Below, in pieces: positions 37,619 to 47,670 of a DNA stretch of 64,000 nt. Every line of letters begins with the position of its first letter. Position 1 is the first letter of the stretch. Source of the stretch: Myxococcota bacterium (GTDB lineage Bacteria > Myxococcota_A > UBA9160 > SMWR01); contig DATBRV010000141.1 in NCBI GenBank assembly GCA_036560145.1, positions 13,982 to 77,981 of the forward strand, read 5' to 3'. Under the pieces are notes generated by a model. That model did no database searches and was not told where the DNA came from. It saw only the letters and a program-made list of their open reading frames with translations. A program made the position numbers and the translations under genes.

Positions 37619-39910
37619 ATGCGACGCGCTTGCCTCGTCACCGCACTCTTGATGCTCGTCGCGGGTCCCGCTCCTGCACTCACGATTCACACCATCGGTG
37701 CGCCAGGCGCGCCCGGCGCCGACGGCGAGGCTGCGGTGGCGACCGCCGCGAGCTCAGACGCCGAGAATTACGCACTGGCGGAGGGGGGCGAAGGAGGCGC
37801 GAGCCCGAGCGACGGCATCGCAGCGGGAGACGGCGGATCGGCGCAGGCGAGTGCGCAAACGACGGCCGTGGGTCCCACCCGCACGGACGCCATTGCGCTT
37901 GCGGGCGCGGGGGGGGCGGGTTCTGCTCTCACGGCCGGAGGCGCCGGTGGCGATTCGGTCGCGGACGCGATCGGCGAGAGCGGAGCGGGTGCTGCCTCGG
38001 TCTGGGGCACGGCCTGGGGGGGAGATGGCGTGGACGGCGGCGCAGGGGGGGCGGCTCGCTCGTCGGCGGACGGGCGCAATGCTGGCTCCGAGAAGGTCCA
38101 GGTTGTCGTCGAGAGCCGCGGGGGAAGAGGCGGCGCGGCGAACTTCGAGCACCCCGCGTCGACCGGCGGCCGCGGGGGCGACGCGGAGCTCGGGCCTGTC
38201 TACGGCGCTTCGTCGGGAGGGGGAGAAGTCGCAGTCTTCGCCGAGGCCAACGGAGGCGAGGGTGGCTCGGGAATCCCCACTTCCGATCAGGCGGCGGGCG
38301 ACGGGGCGTCCGTCCTGCTCGAGAACGCCGTCGACGGCGACACCAGCGGGAGCCTCTATCTCGCGCAGGTCGCGCGCGGAGGCCGGGCGGGAAGTTTCGG
38401 GGGCGGCGTGCATGGCGAGACGTCGAGCTCGCTCGAGGTCGACAAGTCGCTCCAGTCCCTCGAAATCACCTCGCTGGCGGACGGCGCCTTCGACGCCTCG
38501 AGCCGCGCGATCGCCGTCAACCACGGCGGCAGCGTCACGGTTCACGGGGAAGCGGTCGGAGGCGACGGACGCTTCGCGTATCAGGAGGTCGGTGAAGGCG
38601 GTGGAGGCGCGCGCTCGTACTCCTTCGCGCGATCCTTCGGAGATGGGCACGCGGTGGTCGTCGCGCCCACGAATCCCACCGGCCTGAACGCACATGGAGG
38701 CGCGGGACGCGACGCAACCTCGCTGACCAACGCGGGCGGAGGCGGCGGCTACGCCATCAGCGCGTCCGAGGGCTACGCGATCGGGGACAGCCCCGTCACC
38801 GTCGTGGACCGGGCGAAGGCGGGCGACGGCGGATTCGGGAATGGCGCGGCCGGCGAGCCGGGGGTCGGCGGCGGCGCCTTCTCGCTGGCGAACGCCGTCG
38901 GCGGAGTCGACCCGGGCGTCTCGCCGGTTCACGCTTCTTCCTGGGCGTCAGGCGGACAAGGCGGCAGGTTCGACGACTTCGTCGCAATCGGGCCCGGCGC
39001 CCGAGGCGGCGAGGCGAGGGCGGAATCGAACGCGGTCGGAACGGCGGAGGTCGGGTCGCTGGCGACTGCGATCGCCGGACTGCCTGGGGTCTCGTTCGAC
39101 CCCGCCATCGTGACGCCGAGCGGCAGGGCCCAGGCCCGCGCGAGCGCACTCGGAGCCAGCGGCGAGGCGCGAGCCATCGCGAGCGCGTCGGACCTGATCG
39201 CCGATGCCTCCGCCTCGGTTCCTTCGAGCGCGAGGGTCGAGTCGCAAGCCGCCCTCGCCAATTCGTTCTTCCGGAATCCGCTGCGAGACTTCGACGCATT
39301 TGCCGTCATCGCAGGGCGGCCGGATGCCACCGAAGTAGAGGCTGCCACCCAGGGGTCCGCGCAGGTCGCGGACGCGATCGCGACGGGCGCCTTCGAGATC
39401 GTGCTCGCGCTCGGACAGGTTGGCTTCACCCGAATGCAGGATGCCGAGGGAGCTCTCATGACCCAGCGCGCGGCGCTCTCGTTGACTCCGTACGCTCGCG
39501 AGGCGGACGGACTCCAGCAGGTGACGGTCGGCTTCCTGAACCCGGAGTCTCTGGGCTCCGGCTTCGATTCGCTGCGCTTGCGGGCGAACCTCGGCCTCGA
39601 AACCGTGCTGGACGTCTCCTTCGACGAGCTGAACGATGCACTCGCCTACTTCGACGATCGTGTCCTCGACCTCGGCGACTCCCCGGATCCATGCTTCGAG
39701 TCCCCGGGTTTCGGACGCCGCGACTTCTGCTTCTTCACGCCGCTCGAGCTGATCTTCGAATGGACGGGATCCGAGGCGGGCGCGGGCTTCGGCGTCGACG
39801 TCATCGTGGGAGTCACCCCCGTGCCCGAGCCCTCGACCGCCCTGCTCTTCGCGATCGGCCTCGCGGTGATGGCCGCGCGCGCACGCCAGCGCCGGGGCGC
39901 CGCGATATGA
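37619..39910 (+). CDS. Gly-rich PEP-CTERM sorting-domain surface protein
   Basis: ATG 37619 inside ORF 36206..39910. Signal peptide and about 14 xGGxGG turns spaced roughly 25-35 aa apart. C-terminal VPEPSTALLFAIGLAVMAARARQRR (PEP motif, TM helix, Arg cluster). Confidence 0.8.
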   Translation: MRRACLVTALLMLVAGPAPALTIHTIGAPGAPGADGEAAVATAASSDAENYALAEGGEGGASPSDGIAAGDGGSAQASAQTTAVGPTRTDAIALAGAGGAGSALTAGGAGGDSVADAIGESGAGAASVWGTAWGGDGVDGGAGGAARSSADGRNAGSEKVQVVVESRGGRGGAANFEHPASTGGRGGDAELGPVYGASSGGGEVAVFAEANGGEGGSGIPTSDQAAGDGASVLLENAVDGDTSGSLYLAQVARGGRAGSFGGGVHGETSSSLEVDKSLQSLEITSLADGAFDASSRAIAVNHGGSVTVHGEAVGGDGRFAYQEVGEGGGGARSYSFARSFGDGHAVVVAPTNPTGLNAHGGAGRDATSLTNAGGGGGYAISASEGYAIGDSPVTVVDRAKAGDGGFGNGAAGEPGVGGGAFSLANAVGGVDPGVSPVHASSWASGGQGGRFDDFVAIGPGARGGEARAESNAVGTAEVGSLATAIAGLPGVSFDPAIVTPSGRAQARASALGASGEARAIASASDLIADASASVPSSARVESQAALANSFFRNPLRDFDAFAVIAGRPDATEVEAATQGSAQVADAIATGAFEIVLALGQVGFTRMQDAEGALMTQRAALSLTPYAREADGLQQVTVGFLNPESLGSGFDSLRLRANLGLETVLDVSFDELNDALAYFDDRVLDLGDSPDPCFESPGFGRRDFCFFTPLELIFEWTGSEAGAGFGVDVIVGVTPVPEPSTALLFAIGLAVMAARARQRRGAAI

Positions 39911-39917
39911 TCGGGCG

Positions 39918-40907
39918 GTGAGCCGAGAGACAGGCGCTCCGCGCGCGCATCGCGAGCTGCACCTGGGCGTCACGCCCTGGGTCTTCGAGGGCGAGGGGCT
40001 GGCGGGCGGGCTGCCCGAGCAGGCCGTGCTGGCGGAATCGCTCGGCTTCGATTCGCTGTTCCTCCCCGAGAGCCACTTCGCAGGCGCCGCTTCGATCCCG
40101 TCGCCGCTGCTGCTGCTGGCGGCGGCCGCCGCGCGCACCACGCGGCTGCGGCTCGGCACCACCTCCTTCCTGCTGCCGGTGCGAAATCCCATCCACGTGG
40201 CCGAGGAGGTGGCGGTGCTCGACCGGCTCTCGCAGGGCCGCGTGATCCTCGGGATGGGACGCGGCTTCCGCGGCGCCCTCTTCACGGCCTTCGAGGTGCC
40301 GGCCAAAGAAAAGCGTGACCGCTTCGACGCGGCGCTCAACGTGATGCGGCGCGCCTGGGCCGGCGAGCCGGTGGCGTGGGAAGACGGGATCGGCGAAGGG
40401 ACGGAGCCGACGCCCGTGCGTGTCTCCCCGCTGCCCGTGCAGGAGCCGCATCCTCCCTTGTGGGTGGCGGCCTTCGGGCCCAAGGCGGTGGAGCAGGCCG
40501 GCCGGCTCGGGCTCCCCTACCTCGCGTCGCCGATCGAATCGCTCGCGGCGTTGGAGGCGAACTACGCGCGCCACCGCGAAGCGCTCGCCGGGGAGGCGGT
40601 CGCCGTGCCCGTGATGCGCACGCTCTTCGTCTCGCGCGACGCCGCGCGCGTGGAGCGAGCGCGCGCGGGGCTCGCGCAGCAGGCCGCCGCGCTCGCGAAG
40701 GCTCCCGCTCCGAGTCTGCGGCGCGCGGCGGCCGCGTCCCCCGACGACTGGGCGATCGTCGGAGGCCCGGACGAGGTGGCCGAAGGGGTGCATCGATACC
40801 GCGAGAAGCTCGGTGTCACCCACCTGATCGCCCGCGTCCAGATCCCCGGCCTCGCGCACGAGGAGATCGAAGCGTCGCTTCACGAGCTGGCGGCGCTTGC
40901 TTTCTGA
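39918..40907 (+). CDS. LLM-class (luciferase-like) flavin-dependent oxidoreductase
   Basis: ORF 39918..40907 (GTG start). LGFDSLFLPESHF, RLGTTSFLLPVRNPIHVAEE, GRVILGMGRG. Confidence 0.85.
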   Translation: MSRETGAPRAHRELHLGVTPWVFEGEGLAGGLPEQAVLAESLGFDSLFLPESHFAGAASIPSPLLLLAAAAARTTRLRLGTTSFLLPVRNPIHVAEEVAVLDRLSQGRVILGMGRGFRGALFTAFEVPAKEKRDRFDAALNVMRRAWAGEPVAWEDGIGEGTEPTPVRVSPLPVQEPHPPLWVAAFGPKAVEQAGRLGLPYLASPIESLAALEANYARHREALAGEAVAVPVMRTLFVSRDAARVERARAGLAQQAAALAKAPAPSLRRAAAASPDDWAIVGGPDEVAEGVHRYREKLGVTHLIARVQIPGLAHEEIEASLHELAALAF

Positions 40908-41473
40908 GACGCCGGAATCGGCGCGATCTCGCTTGCGCGGCGCTCGAGGCGGAGCAGGCTCTCCTCGTCCACCCATTCGAAGAGCCGCTTGCGCTCGAAC
41001 CAGCGCAGGTCCTTCGATTCCTCACTCGCGCGCAGCTCCTGTCCGGCATCAGCCACCAGCAGGAAGCGCACGTCGAGGTGCAGGTGCGCGGGCTCGCCGC
41101 CGTGCGCCGGGATCGGGTGCACGTCGAGATCGAGCGGCAGCGGGTCGCTCGTCTCCGGCAGGAAGCGGAAGCGGGCGAGGCCCGATTCCTCCTGCGCCTC
41201 GCGCAGCGCGACCTGCCGCGGGTCGCTCTCGCCGTCGGAGTGGCCGCCGAGCTGGAGCCAGCGGTCCAGCTTGCGGTGGTGGGTCAGCAACACGCGGCGG
41301 TGATCGGCGGAGAGGATCCAGGCCGATCCCGTGATGTGTCCCTCGGGGCAGGACCGAACCAAGCAGTCGGGGTGGCTACGCACGAAAGCGACCATCTGCT
41401 CCCCGACGGCCGCGTCCTCGGGGCGGCGGGCGACATGGCGCGCCAGGAGATCCAGCAGCAACCGGCGGTGCAT
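40880..41473 (-). CDS. NUDIX hydrolase
   Basis: ORF 40880..41512; ATG 41473 preferred. Nudix box GGHSDGESDPRQVALREAQEESGL. Convergent 28-nt overlap with the LLM gene. Confidence 0.8.
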   Translation of the reverse strand: MHRRLLLDLLARHVARRPEDAAVGEQMVAFVRSHPDCLVRSCPEGHITGSAWILSADHRRVLLTHHRKLDRWLQLGGHSDGESDPRQVALREAQEESGLARFRFLPETSDPLPLDLDVHPIPAHGGEPAHLHLDVRFLLVADAGQELRASEESKDLRWFERKRLFEWVDEESLLRLERRASEIAPIPASQKASAASS

Positions 41474-41541
41474 GGGAGCGGGAGTCTGGCAGAGGGGAGC
41501 CGCGGCTGACACCCGGCGCGCTTTCCGGCCACTACCCGGAC

Positions 41542-42237
41542 GTGGCGGCGCGATGGCTTGGGTACCTGCTGGCTGGGGCGGCCGCGTGGATGGCCTTCCC
41601 GGGCGCCGCCACGGCTACCCACCTCGACGGGTCCGTGATCGATTTCGAGCAGGGGGATCCGACGGGGGCCTTCGACTCCTTCTGCCGGCACCCTCTCCCG
41701 TGCTCCCCGAACTCGCCTCCCTTGACCACGATCGCGACGTCGACCTCTACCGGAAAGTACCTCGGCACCTTCGGCGAGGAGGTGGTGTCGTTCTTTGCTC
41801 TCGATGCCCTGGACATCAGCGCGCTCCGAACCGACCGCGCCTACCTCTCCTTCGACGTGATCTTGACCGGCGCATGGTTTGGCGGTGTGTTCGACCCCGA
41901 GGATCCGGACTTCACGAACTTTTTTGCGGTTGTCGCAAACGGGAAGACGCTGTTCGACTCGAAAGTGGACGGCACTTTCTACCCCGACTTCCGCCACTTC
42001 GACCTGATCTTCGACTTCACGCCCGTCTTTCCGGATTGCTGCACCGATGTCGCAATCGCCTTCTCAGCGAGGTTCGGCCCGGGCTACGACCAGCAACTCC
42101 TGCCCAAGCCGACCTGGGGCATCGACAACTTCGTGGTGAGCTCGACTCCCATCCCCGAGCCCGCGACCGGCGCCCTGGTCGGCCTCGGGCTGCTCCTGCT
42201 CGCGGTGCGCCAGCGCCGCCCGAATTCCCGCCTCTAG
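41542..42237 (+). CDS. PEP-CTERM sorting-domain protein
   Basis: ORF 41542..42237 (GTG start). Signal peptide and C-terminal PIPEPATGALVGLGLLLLAVRQRR. Confidence 0.75.
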   Translation: MAARWLGYLLAGAAAWMAFPGAATATHLDGSVIDFEQGDPTGAFDSFCRHPLPCSPNSPPLTTIATSTSTGKYLGTFGEEVVSFFALDALDISALRTDRAYLSFDVILTGAWFGGVFDPEDPDFTNFFAVVANGKTLFDSKVDGTFYPDFRHFDLIFDFTPVFPDCCTDVAIAFSARFGPGYDQQLLPKPTWGIDNFVVSSTPIPEPATGALVGLGLLLLAVRQRRPNSRL

Positions 42238-42289
42238 CCAAGCCCACGCGCTTCCGAATAAGCTGGGTGCGGTTTCTCTGGGGGGGGAC

Positions 42290-43276
42290 TTGGGCTCGAG
42301 TCGCGATCGCCGCCTGCTCCGGGCCTTCGGGCTCGCCGCCTGGCTTTCGCTTCCCGGCCTCGCTGCGGCCGAGGATCGCAAGGAGCCGGTCCCCGAGACC
42401 GAGACCCTCTACCCGGGCGCCGCGGTCGACCTGATTCCCCAGGCGCTCTCGAAGGTGGGCGTGCGCGTCTACGGCGAGGAGACGATCACCGTCCTGGCCG
42501 ACTTCGGCCCCGCCGAAGCGAGCGAGTTCCGCTCCGCGCTGGCGGTGCGCGCGGCCGGACCGATCAGCCAATCCCTCGCTCTGCGCGCGACGGCCTCCGG
42601 GCAGGCCGCTTTCTTCGACTACAGCGGAGACCGCGACCAGCTCGAGCTGGACCTGGGAGGGAGCGAGCTCTTCGAACGGCTGTACGACTTCAAGTTCGCG
42701 CTGGGCGGCGCCTACCAGCTCACCAAGCACTGGTCCCTCTTCGCCGAGGGAAGCGCCAACATGGATTGGGAGAACGGGGCTTCCATCTCGGACGCCGTGT
42801 CGGGGTCGGGCGCCTTCGGCGTCGGCTTCCAGTGGGAGCCGCACCTCGAGCTCACGCTCGGCGTCAAGGTGGGGTCGCAGATCGAGGAGGGCGGCGTGAG
42901 CGTCTCGCCGGTCCTCGGCTTCCGCTGGCGGATCCGCGAGGGCATGCGCCTCGAGACGCAGGGGACTGGGCTGATGTTCGCGATGGACCTGCTCCCGGAG
43001 CTCGAGCTCCAGCTCCGCGCCAGCTACGACGGCAACCGCTACCGGCTCGAGGATGCCGCGGGCGCCTTTCCCGAGCAGACGCTCCGGCAGCGCGAGGTGC
43101 CGGTGCTGGTCGCGCTGCGCTGGAAACCCAGCAAGCGTTGGCGGCTCGGGGCGGGGGCCGGCTCGGTCGTCTACCAGAAGTGGAAGGTCGAGGCCGACGA
43201 CGACGACGGCGGCTCGAGCTCGGTCGACGCCGGCCCCGCCGCGCTTGTCTGGCTGCGCTGCGAATACCGCTTCTGA
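42290..43276 (+). CDS. putative outer-membrane beta-barrel protein
   Basis: ORF 42290..43276 (TTG start, 2 nt after a G8 run, so the start is uncertain). Signal peptide ...LPGLAAAE, alternating strand pattern, C-terminal CEYRF. Confidence 0.5.
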   Translation: MGSSRDRRLLRAFGLAAWLSLPGLAAAEDRKEPVPETETLYPGAAVDLIPQALSKVGVRVYGEETITVLADFGPAEASEFRSALAVRAAGPISQSLALRATASGQAAFFDYSGDRDQLELDLGGSELFERLYDFKFALGGAYQLTKHWSLFAEGSANMDWENGASISDAVSGSGAFGVGFQWEPHLELTLGVKVGSQIEEGGVSVSPVLGFRWRIREGMRLETQGTGLMFAMDLLPELELQLRASYDGNRYRLEDAAGAFPEQTLRQREVPVLVALRWKPSKRWRLGAGAGSVVYQKWKVEADDDDGGSSSVDAGPAALVWLRCEYRF

Positions 43277-43320
43277 AGCCCTGGGGGAGACCCCACCCGC
43301 CGCCGGACCCTGCTCTCCGC

Positions 43321-43349
43321 TTCACGCCGCGGCTTTGCCGGGGCATAAT
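43321..43349 (+). promoter_or_regulatory. sigma70-like promoter candidate TTCACG-17-CATAAT
   Basis: An AT-rich hexamer in a GC-rich intergenic region, 36 nt upstream of the ALDH ATG. An RBS GGAGAGAGG follows. Confidence 0.3.
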
Positions 43350-43384
43350 CGAGGCTTCCGCCCGATTGGAGAGAGGTCCACACC

Positions 43385-44899
43385 ATGGCGACCGCCAGCG
43401 CCTCCTCGATTCCCGCCCCGCTCGGTTCGGTCCGGTCCTTCCTGACCGAGAAGCACGGTCTGCTGATCGGAGGGCGCTTCTCGCCCGCCGCCGACGGCAA
43501 GACCTTTTCGGTCGAGAACCCGGCCCAGGAGCGCAGCATCGCGCAGGTCGCGCAGGGAGGGCCCGCGGACATCGAGCGCGCGGTGGCCGCCGCGCGGCGC
43601 GCCTTCGACCAGGGCCCCTGGCGGCGCATGAACCCGTCCGAGCGCGGGCGTCTGCTCTGGAAGCTGGCCGACCGCATCGAGGAGCTGACGGAGGATTTCG
43701 CGCAGCTCGAGAGCCTCGACAACGGCAAGCCGCTCACGGTCGCGCGCGCCGCCGACGTGGCGCTCACCGTCGATCACTTCCGCTACTACGCGGGCTGGGC
43801 GACCAAGATCGAGGGCGAGACGATCCCGATCAACGGCCCCGACGGCGCCACCTTCCTCGACTACACGCTGCGCGAGCCGGTGGGCGTGGTGGGCCAGATC
43901 ATCCCCTGGAACTTCCCGCTGTTGATGGCGGCCTGGAAGCTGGGCGCGGCGCTGGCCTGCGGCAACACCGTGGTGCTCAAGCCCGCCGAGCAGACGCCCC
44001 TCACCGCGCTGCGCCTCGCCAAGCTGATCTGCGAGGTGGGCTTCCCGGACGGCGTCGTCAACGTGGTCACCGGCCACGGCGACGCGGGCGCCGCGCTGGC
44101 GGCGCACGAGGGCGTCGACAAGGTGGCCTTCACCGGCAGCACCGAGGTCGGGCACGCGATCGTGAAGGCGTCGGCCGGCAACCTGAAGCGCGTGTCGCTC
44201 GAGCTGGGCGGCAAGTCGCCCGTGATCGTCTTCGACGACGCCGACGTGGAGGCCGCCGCCGCCGGCGTCGCGAATGCGATTTTTTTCAACCATGGCCAGT
44301 GCTGCTGCGCCGGCTCGCGCCTCTTCGCGGGGCCGAAGGTGCGCGAGGAGATCGTCGAGCGCGTCGCAGAGGTCGCCCGGCGCACGAAGGTCGGCGACGG
44401 CTTCGACCCGGCCACCGAGATGGGCCCGCTCGTCTCGCGCGAGCAGTACGACCGCGTCTGCTCCTACATCCGCTCGGGCGAGGAGCAGGGCGGGCGCGTG
44501 GTGGTGGGCGGCGCGGCGCGGCCGAAGGGGCTCGACAAGGGGCACTTCGTGCAGCCGACCATCTTCGAGGGCGTGAAGAACGACATGAAGATCGTGCGCG
44601 AGGAGATCTTCGGGCCGGTGCTCGCGGTGCAGTCGTTCGACGACCTCGACGAGGTGATCGCGCGCGGCAATGACACGCCCTACGGGCTCGCCGCGAGCGT
44701 CTGGAGCAAGGACATCCGCAAGGCGCACCGGGTGGCGGCGGGGCTGCGCGCGGGGACGGTCTGGATCAACTGCCACAACGTGTTCGACGCGGCGGCGCCC
44801 TTCGGCGGCTACAAGCGCAGCGGCTACGGCCGCGAGATGGGCCGCCACGCCCTCGATCTCTACACGCAGACCAAGAACGTGATCGTCAACCTCGGCTAG
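43385..44899 (+). CDS. NAD(P)-dependent aldehyde dehydrogenase
   Basis: ORF 43385..44899. [14 protein letters not shown], catalytic [13 protein letters not shown]. Confidence 0.95.
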   Translation: MATASASSIPAPLGSVRSFLTEKHGLLIGGRFSPAADGKTFSVENPAQERSIAQVAQGGPADIERAVAAARRAFDQGPWRRMNPSERGRLLWKLADRIEELTEDFAQLESLDNGKPLTVARAADVALTVDHFRYYAGWATKIEGETIPINGPDGATFLDYTLREPVGVVGQIIPWNFPLLMAAWKLGAALACGNTVVLKPAEQTPLTALRLAKLICEVGFPDGVVNVVTGHGDAGAALAAHEGVDKVAFTGSTEVGHAIVKASAGNLKRVSLELGGKSPVIVFDDADVEAAAAGVANAIFFNHGQCCCAGSRLFAGPKVREEIVERVAEVARRTKVGDGFDPATEMGPLVSREQYDRVCSYIRSGEEQGGRVVVGGAARPKGLDKGHFVQPTIFEGVKNDMKIVREEIFGPVLAVQSFDDLDEVIARGNDTPYGLAASVWSKDIRKAHRVAAGLRAGTVWINCHNVFDAAAPFGGYKRSGYGREMGRHALDLYTQTKNVIVNLG

Positions 44900-44907
44900 G
44901 AGGTCGC

Positions 44908-45888
44908 ATGCAACGGCGTCGACTCGGTCCCCTCGATGTCTCGGCGCTCGGCCTCGGCTGCATGGGCATGAGCGAGTTCTACGGCCCCACCGACGAGGCC
45001 GAATCGATCGCCACGATCCATCGCGCGATCGACCTCGGCATCGATCTGCTCGACACCGCCGACATGTACGGGCCGTTCACCAACGAAGAACTCGTCGGGC
45101 GCGCGATCCGGGATCGCCGGGATCGGGTGATGCTGGCGACCAAGTGCGGCATCGTGCGAGAGCCCGGGAACGCCCGGGTGCGCGGCATCAACGGGCGCCC
45201 CGAGTACATCCGCTCGGCCTGCGACGCGAGCTTGAAACGGCTTGGCGTCGCGCACGTCGATCTCTACCAGCTCCACCGCGTGGACCCCAGCGTTCCGATC
45301 GAGGAGAGCGTGGGGGCGCTCGCGGACCTCGTGAAGTCCGGCAAGACGCGCGCGATCGGGCTCTCCGAGGCGGGGCCGCGCACGCTGCGCCGCGCCTGCG
45401 CCGTGCACCCGATCGCCTCGCTCCAGACCGAGTACTCGCTGCTGGCGCGCGACGTCGAGACCGAGGTGCTGCCGGTCTGCCGCGAGCTCGGGGTGGGATT
45501 CCTGGCCTACAGCCCGCTCGGCCGCGGGCTGCTCACCGGCCGCTGGCGCAAGCGCGCCGACTTCACGGCCGACGATTACCGGCTCTTCTCGCCGCGCTTC
45601 GCCGAGGGCGCGCTCGCGCGCAACCTCGAGCTGGTCGAGCGCGCCGCCGCGCTCGCGGCGCGCAAAAAATGCTCGCCGGCCCAGCTCTCGCTCGCCTGGC
45701 TGCTGCACCGCGGCGACGACATCGTCCCGATTCCGGGGACCAAGAGCCGCGCGCGGCTCGAAGAGAACGCGGCCGCCGCGTCGATCTCGCTGACGGCCGC
45801 GGAGCTCGCGGCGCTCGACGCCGCGCTCCCGCCGGGCTCGGCCGAGGGCGGGCGCTATCCGGAAGCGATGAAGCCGCACTGGGACTGA
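44908..45888 (+). CDS. aldo/keto reductase
   Basis: ORF 44908..45888; [38 protein letters not shown]. Confidence 0.92.
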   Translation: MQRRRLGPLDVSALGLGCMGMSEFYGPTDEAESIATIHRAIDLGIDLLDTADMYGPFTNEELVGRAIRDRRDRVMLATKCGIVREPGNARVRGINGRPEYIRSACDASLKRLGVAHVDLYQLHRVDPSVPIEESVGALADLVKSGKTRAIGLSEAGPRTLRRACAVHPIASLQTEYSLLARDVETEVLPVCRELGVGFLAYSPLGRGLLTGRWRKRADFTADDYRLFSPRFAEGALARNLELVERAAALAARKKCSPAQLSLAWLLHRGDDIVPIPGTKSRARLEENAAAASISLTAAELAALDAALPPGSAEGGRYPEAMKPHWD

Positions 45889-46712
45889 TGCCGCTCTCGG
45901 TGCTAACGCTGAATCTCTGGAACGACGCGGGGCCCTGGCCGGAGCGCGCGCGGCGGATCCGCGAATGGATCGACCAACTCGGCCCCGATCTGATCGGCTT
46001 CCAGGAGGCGCTGCGCGCGGACGGCCGCGACCAGGTGGCGGAGCTGCTCGAGGACCGCGGCTATCACGTTGTCTATGCGCCCGCCACGCGCTTCTGGCGC
46101 GAAGGCTCGGACTTCAGCCATGGCGAGTTCGGCAACGCGGTGGCCAGCCGTTTCCCGATCCTGGAGAGCGAGGCGATCGCGCTGCCGGATGCCGGCGATG
46201 GCGAGAAGCGCTCCGCGTTGTCGGCGACGCTGGATTCCCCGCTGGGGCCGATCTCGTTCACCTGCACGCATCTGCATTGGAAGTTCCGCCACGGCGAGGT
46301 GCGCGAGCGGCAGGTGCAGGCGGTCTGCGAGCTGGTGCTGCGGCGGCGGCTGCGCGGGGGCTTTCCGTCGATCCTGGTGGGCGATTTCAACGCCGAGCCC
46401 GAGTCGGCCGAGATCCGCTTCGTGACGGGCCTCCAGTCCCTCGGCGGCCGCAGCGTCGCCTTCCTGGATGCCTGGCGCACGGTGGGGACGGGCGACGGGA
46501 TCACCTGGTCGAACAACAACGTGTATGCGCGCGCCAATCTCGAGCCCGACCGGCGCATCGACTACGTCTTCACCGGCTTCCCGATGCGCAGCGGCGTCGG
46601 CCAGCTGCTGGAATGCCGCGTGGTCTGCAACGACGAAAAGAACGACGTCTGGCCGTCAGACCACTATGGGGTGTACGCGGAGCTGCGCTCGGAGCCTCTG
46701 TCCGCCTCGTGA
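45888..46712 (+). CDS. endonuclease/exonuclease/phosphatase (EEP) family protein
   Basis: ATG 45888 overlaps the AKR stop (TGATG), inside ORF 45144..46712. LTLNLWN, GFQE, GDFNAEP, SDHYGV. Confidence 0.85.
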   Translation: MPLSVLTLNLWNDAGPWPERARRIREWIDQLGPDLIGFQEALRADGRDQVAELLEDRGYHVVYAPATRFWREGSDFSHGEFGNAVASRFPILESEAIALPDAGDGEKRSALSATLDSPLGPISFTCTHLHWKFRHGEVRERQVQAVCELVLRRRLRGGFPSILVGDFNAEPESAEIRFVTGLQSLGGRSVAFLDAWRTVGTGDGITWSNNNVYARANLEPDRRIDYVFTGFPMRSGVGQLLECRVVCNDEKNDVWPSDHYGVYAELRSEPLSAS

Positions 46713-47590
46713 CGCGCCGTGTCCCGGTGTTGCTGGTCTCGGGCTACCTCGGCTCGGGCAAGACGACGCTGGTGCGCTGGCTGCTCGCGGACGCGCAGCG
46801 GCGCGGCGTCCGCGTCGCCGTGATCACGAACGAGCTCGGCGAGCTCGGGATCGACGGCGCCCTGCTCGGAAGCGCACAGGACGACACCGTCGAGCTGGCT
46901 GGCGGCTGCATCTGCTGCCGCCTTTCCGACGCCTTCGTCGAGACGCTGGAGGATCTCCACCAGCGCGTGCAACCCGATCGCGTGATCGTCGAGACCTCGG
47001 GCGTGGCGCTTCCCTACGAGACGCAGCTCCAGCTCTGGCGCGAGCCGGTCTCGCGCTGGATCGGCGACGACGTGGCGGTGGTGGTGGTCGGCGCCGAGCA
47101 GCTCGCGGCCGGGATCTCGGGCGACGATCTCTTCGCGCAGCAGATCTCGAGCGCCGATCTGCTGGTGCTCAATCAGCTCGACCGCGTGGCGGCGGGCGCG
47201 ATTCCGGGGCTCGAAGCGCGGCTGCGCCAGATCGAGCCCGATGCGCCGATCCTGCGCGCGGTGCACGCGCGTGTCGAGCCGGATCTCCTGTTCCCTCCCG
47301 ATCCGGCAGGCCTGCGCGCCGCCCGCCGGGCGAGCGCGGCGCCCCCGCCGCCGCACACGCACGTGGAGTTCCAGAGCGAGGAGATCGCCCTCGAGCCGGG
47401 GCTCTCCTCGGCGGCGCTGCTGGCCAGGCTGCGCGCGCTGGGCGCCCTGCGCATCAAGGGCTTCGCGGAGACGCGGGAAGGCCTGCGCGTGGTGCAGGGC
47501 GTCGGCGCGCGCATCGAGCTGATTGCCTTCGACGGGCCGCTATCGCGCGAGCTGGTGGGCCGCGCCGTCGTGATCCGCCGGCTCGTGTGA
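46709..47590 (+). CDS. COG0523 (CobW/HypB/UreG-type) G3E GTPase metallochaperone
   Basis: GTG 46709 forms a GTGA overlap with the EEP stop, inside ORF 45965..47590. Walker A GYLGSGKTTL and metal motif GCICC. Confidence 0.88.
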   Translation: MTRRVPVLLVSGYLGSGKTTLVRWLLADAQRRGVRVAVITNELGELGIDGALLGSAQDDTVELAGGCICCRLSDAFVETLEDLHQRVQPDRVIVETSGVALPYETQLQLWREPVSRWIGDDVAVVVVGAEQLAAGISGDDLFAQQISSADLLVLNQLDRVAAGAIPGLEARLRQIEPDAPILRAVHARVEPDLLFPPDPAGLRAARRASAAPPPPHTHVEFQSEEIALEPGLSSAALLARLRALGALRIKGFAETREGLRVVQGVGARIELIAFDGPLSRELVGRAVVIRRLV

Positions 47591-47595
47591 GGGAG

Positions 47596-47636
47596 CCGCA
47601 AGCGAAGCGCGCAGCGAGGCGGAGCCGAGCGAAGTA
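47596..47636 (-). repeat. intergenic repeat copy E (short form, inverted orientation)
   Basis: The reverse complement tacttcgctcggctccgcctcgctgcgcgcttcgcttgcgg aligns with copy A. Lies between convergent genes. Confidence 0.7.
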
Positions 47637-47670
47637 CGGGTGGCGCGGGCCGTTCCCGCGCCGGGACCCG

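Noticed and set aside
44774-44787. cacaacgtgttcga, resembling the KstR motif.
   Set aside because: It lacks the 5' T of TnnAACnnGTTnnA and lies inside the aldehyde dehydrogenase CDS rather than in a promoter.
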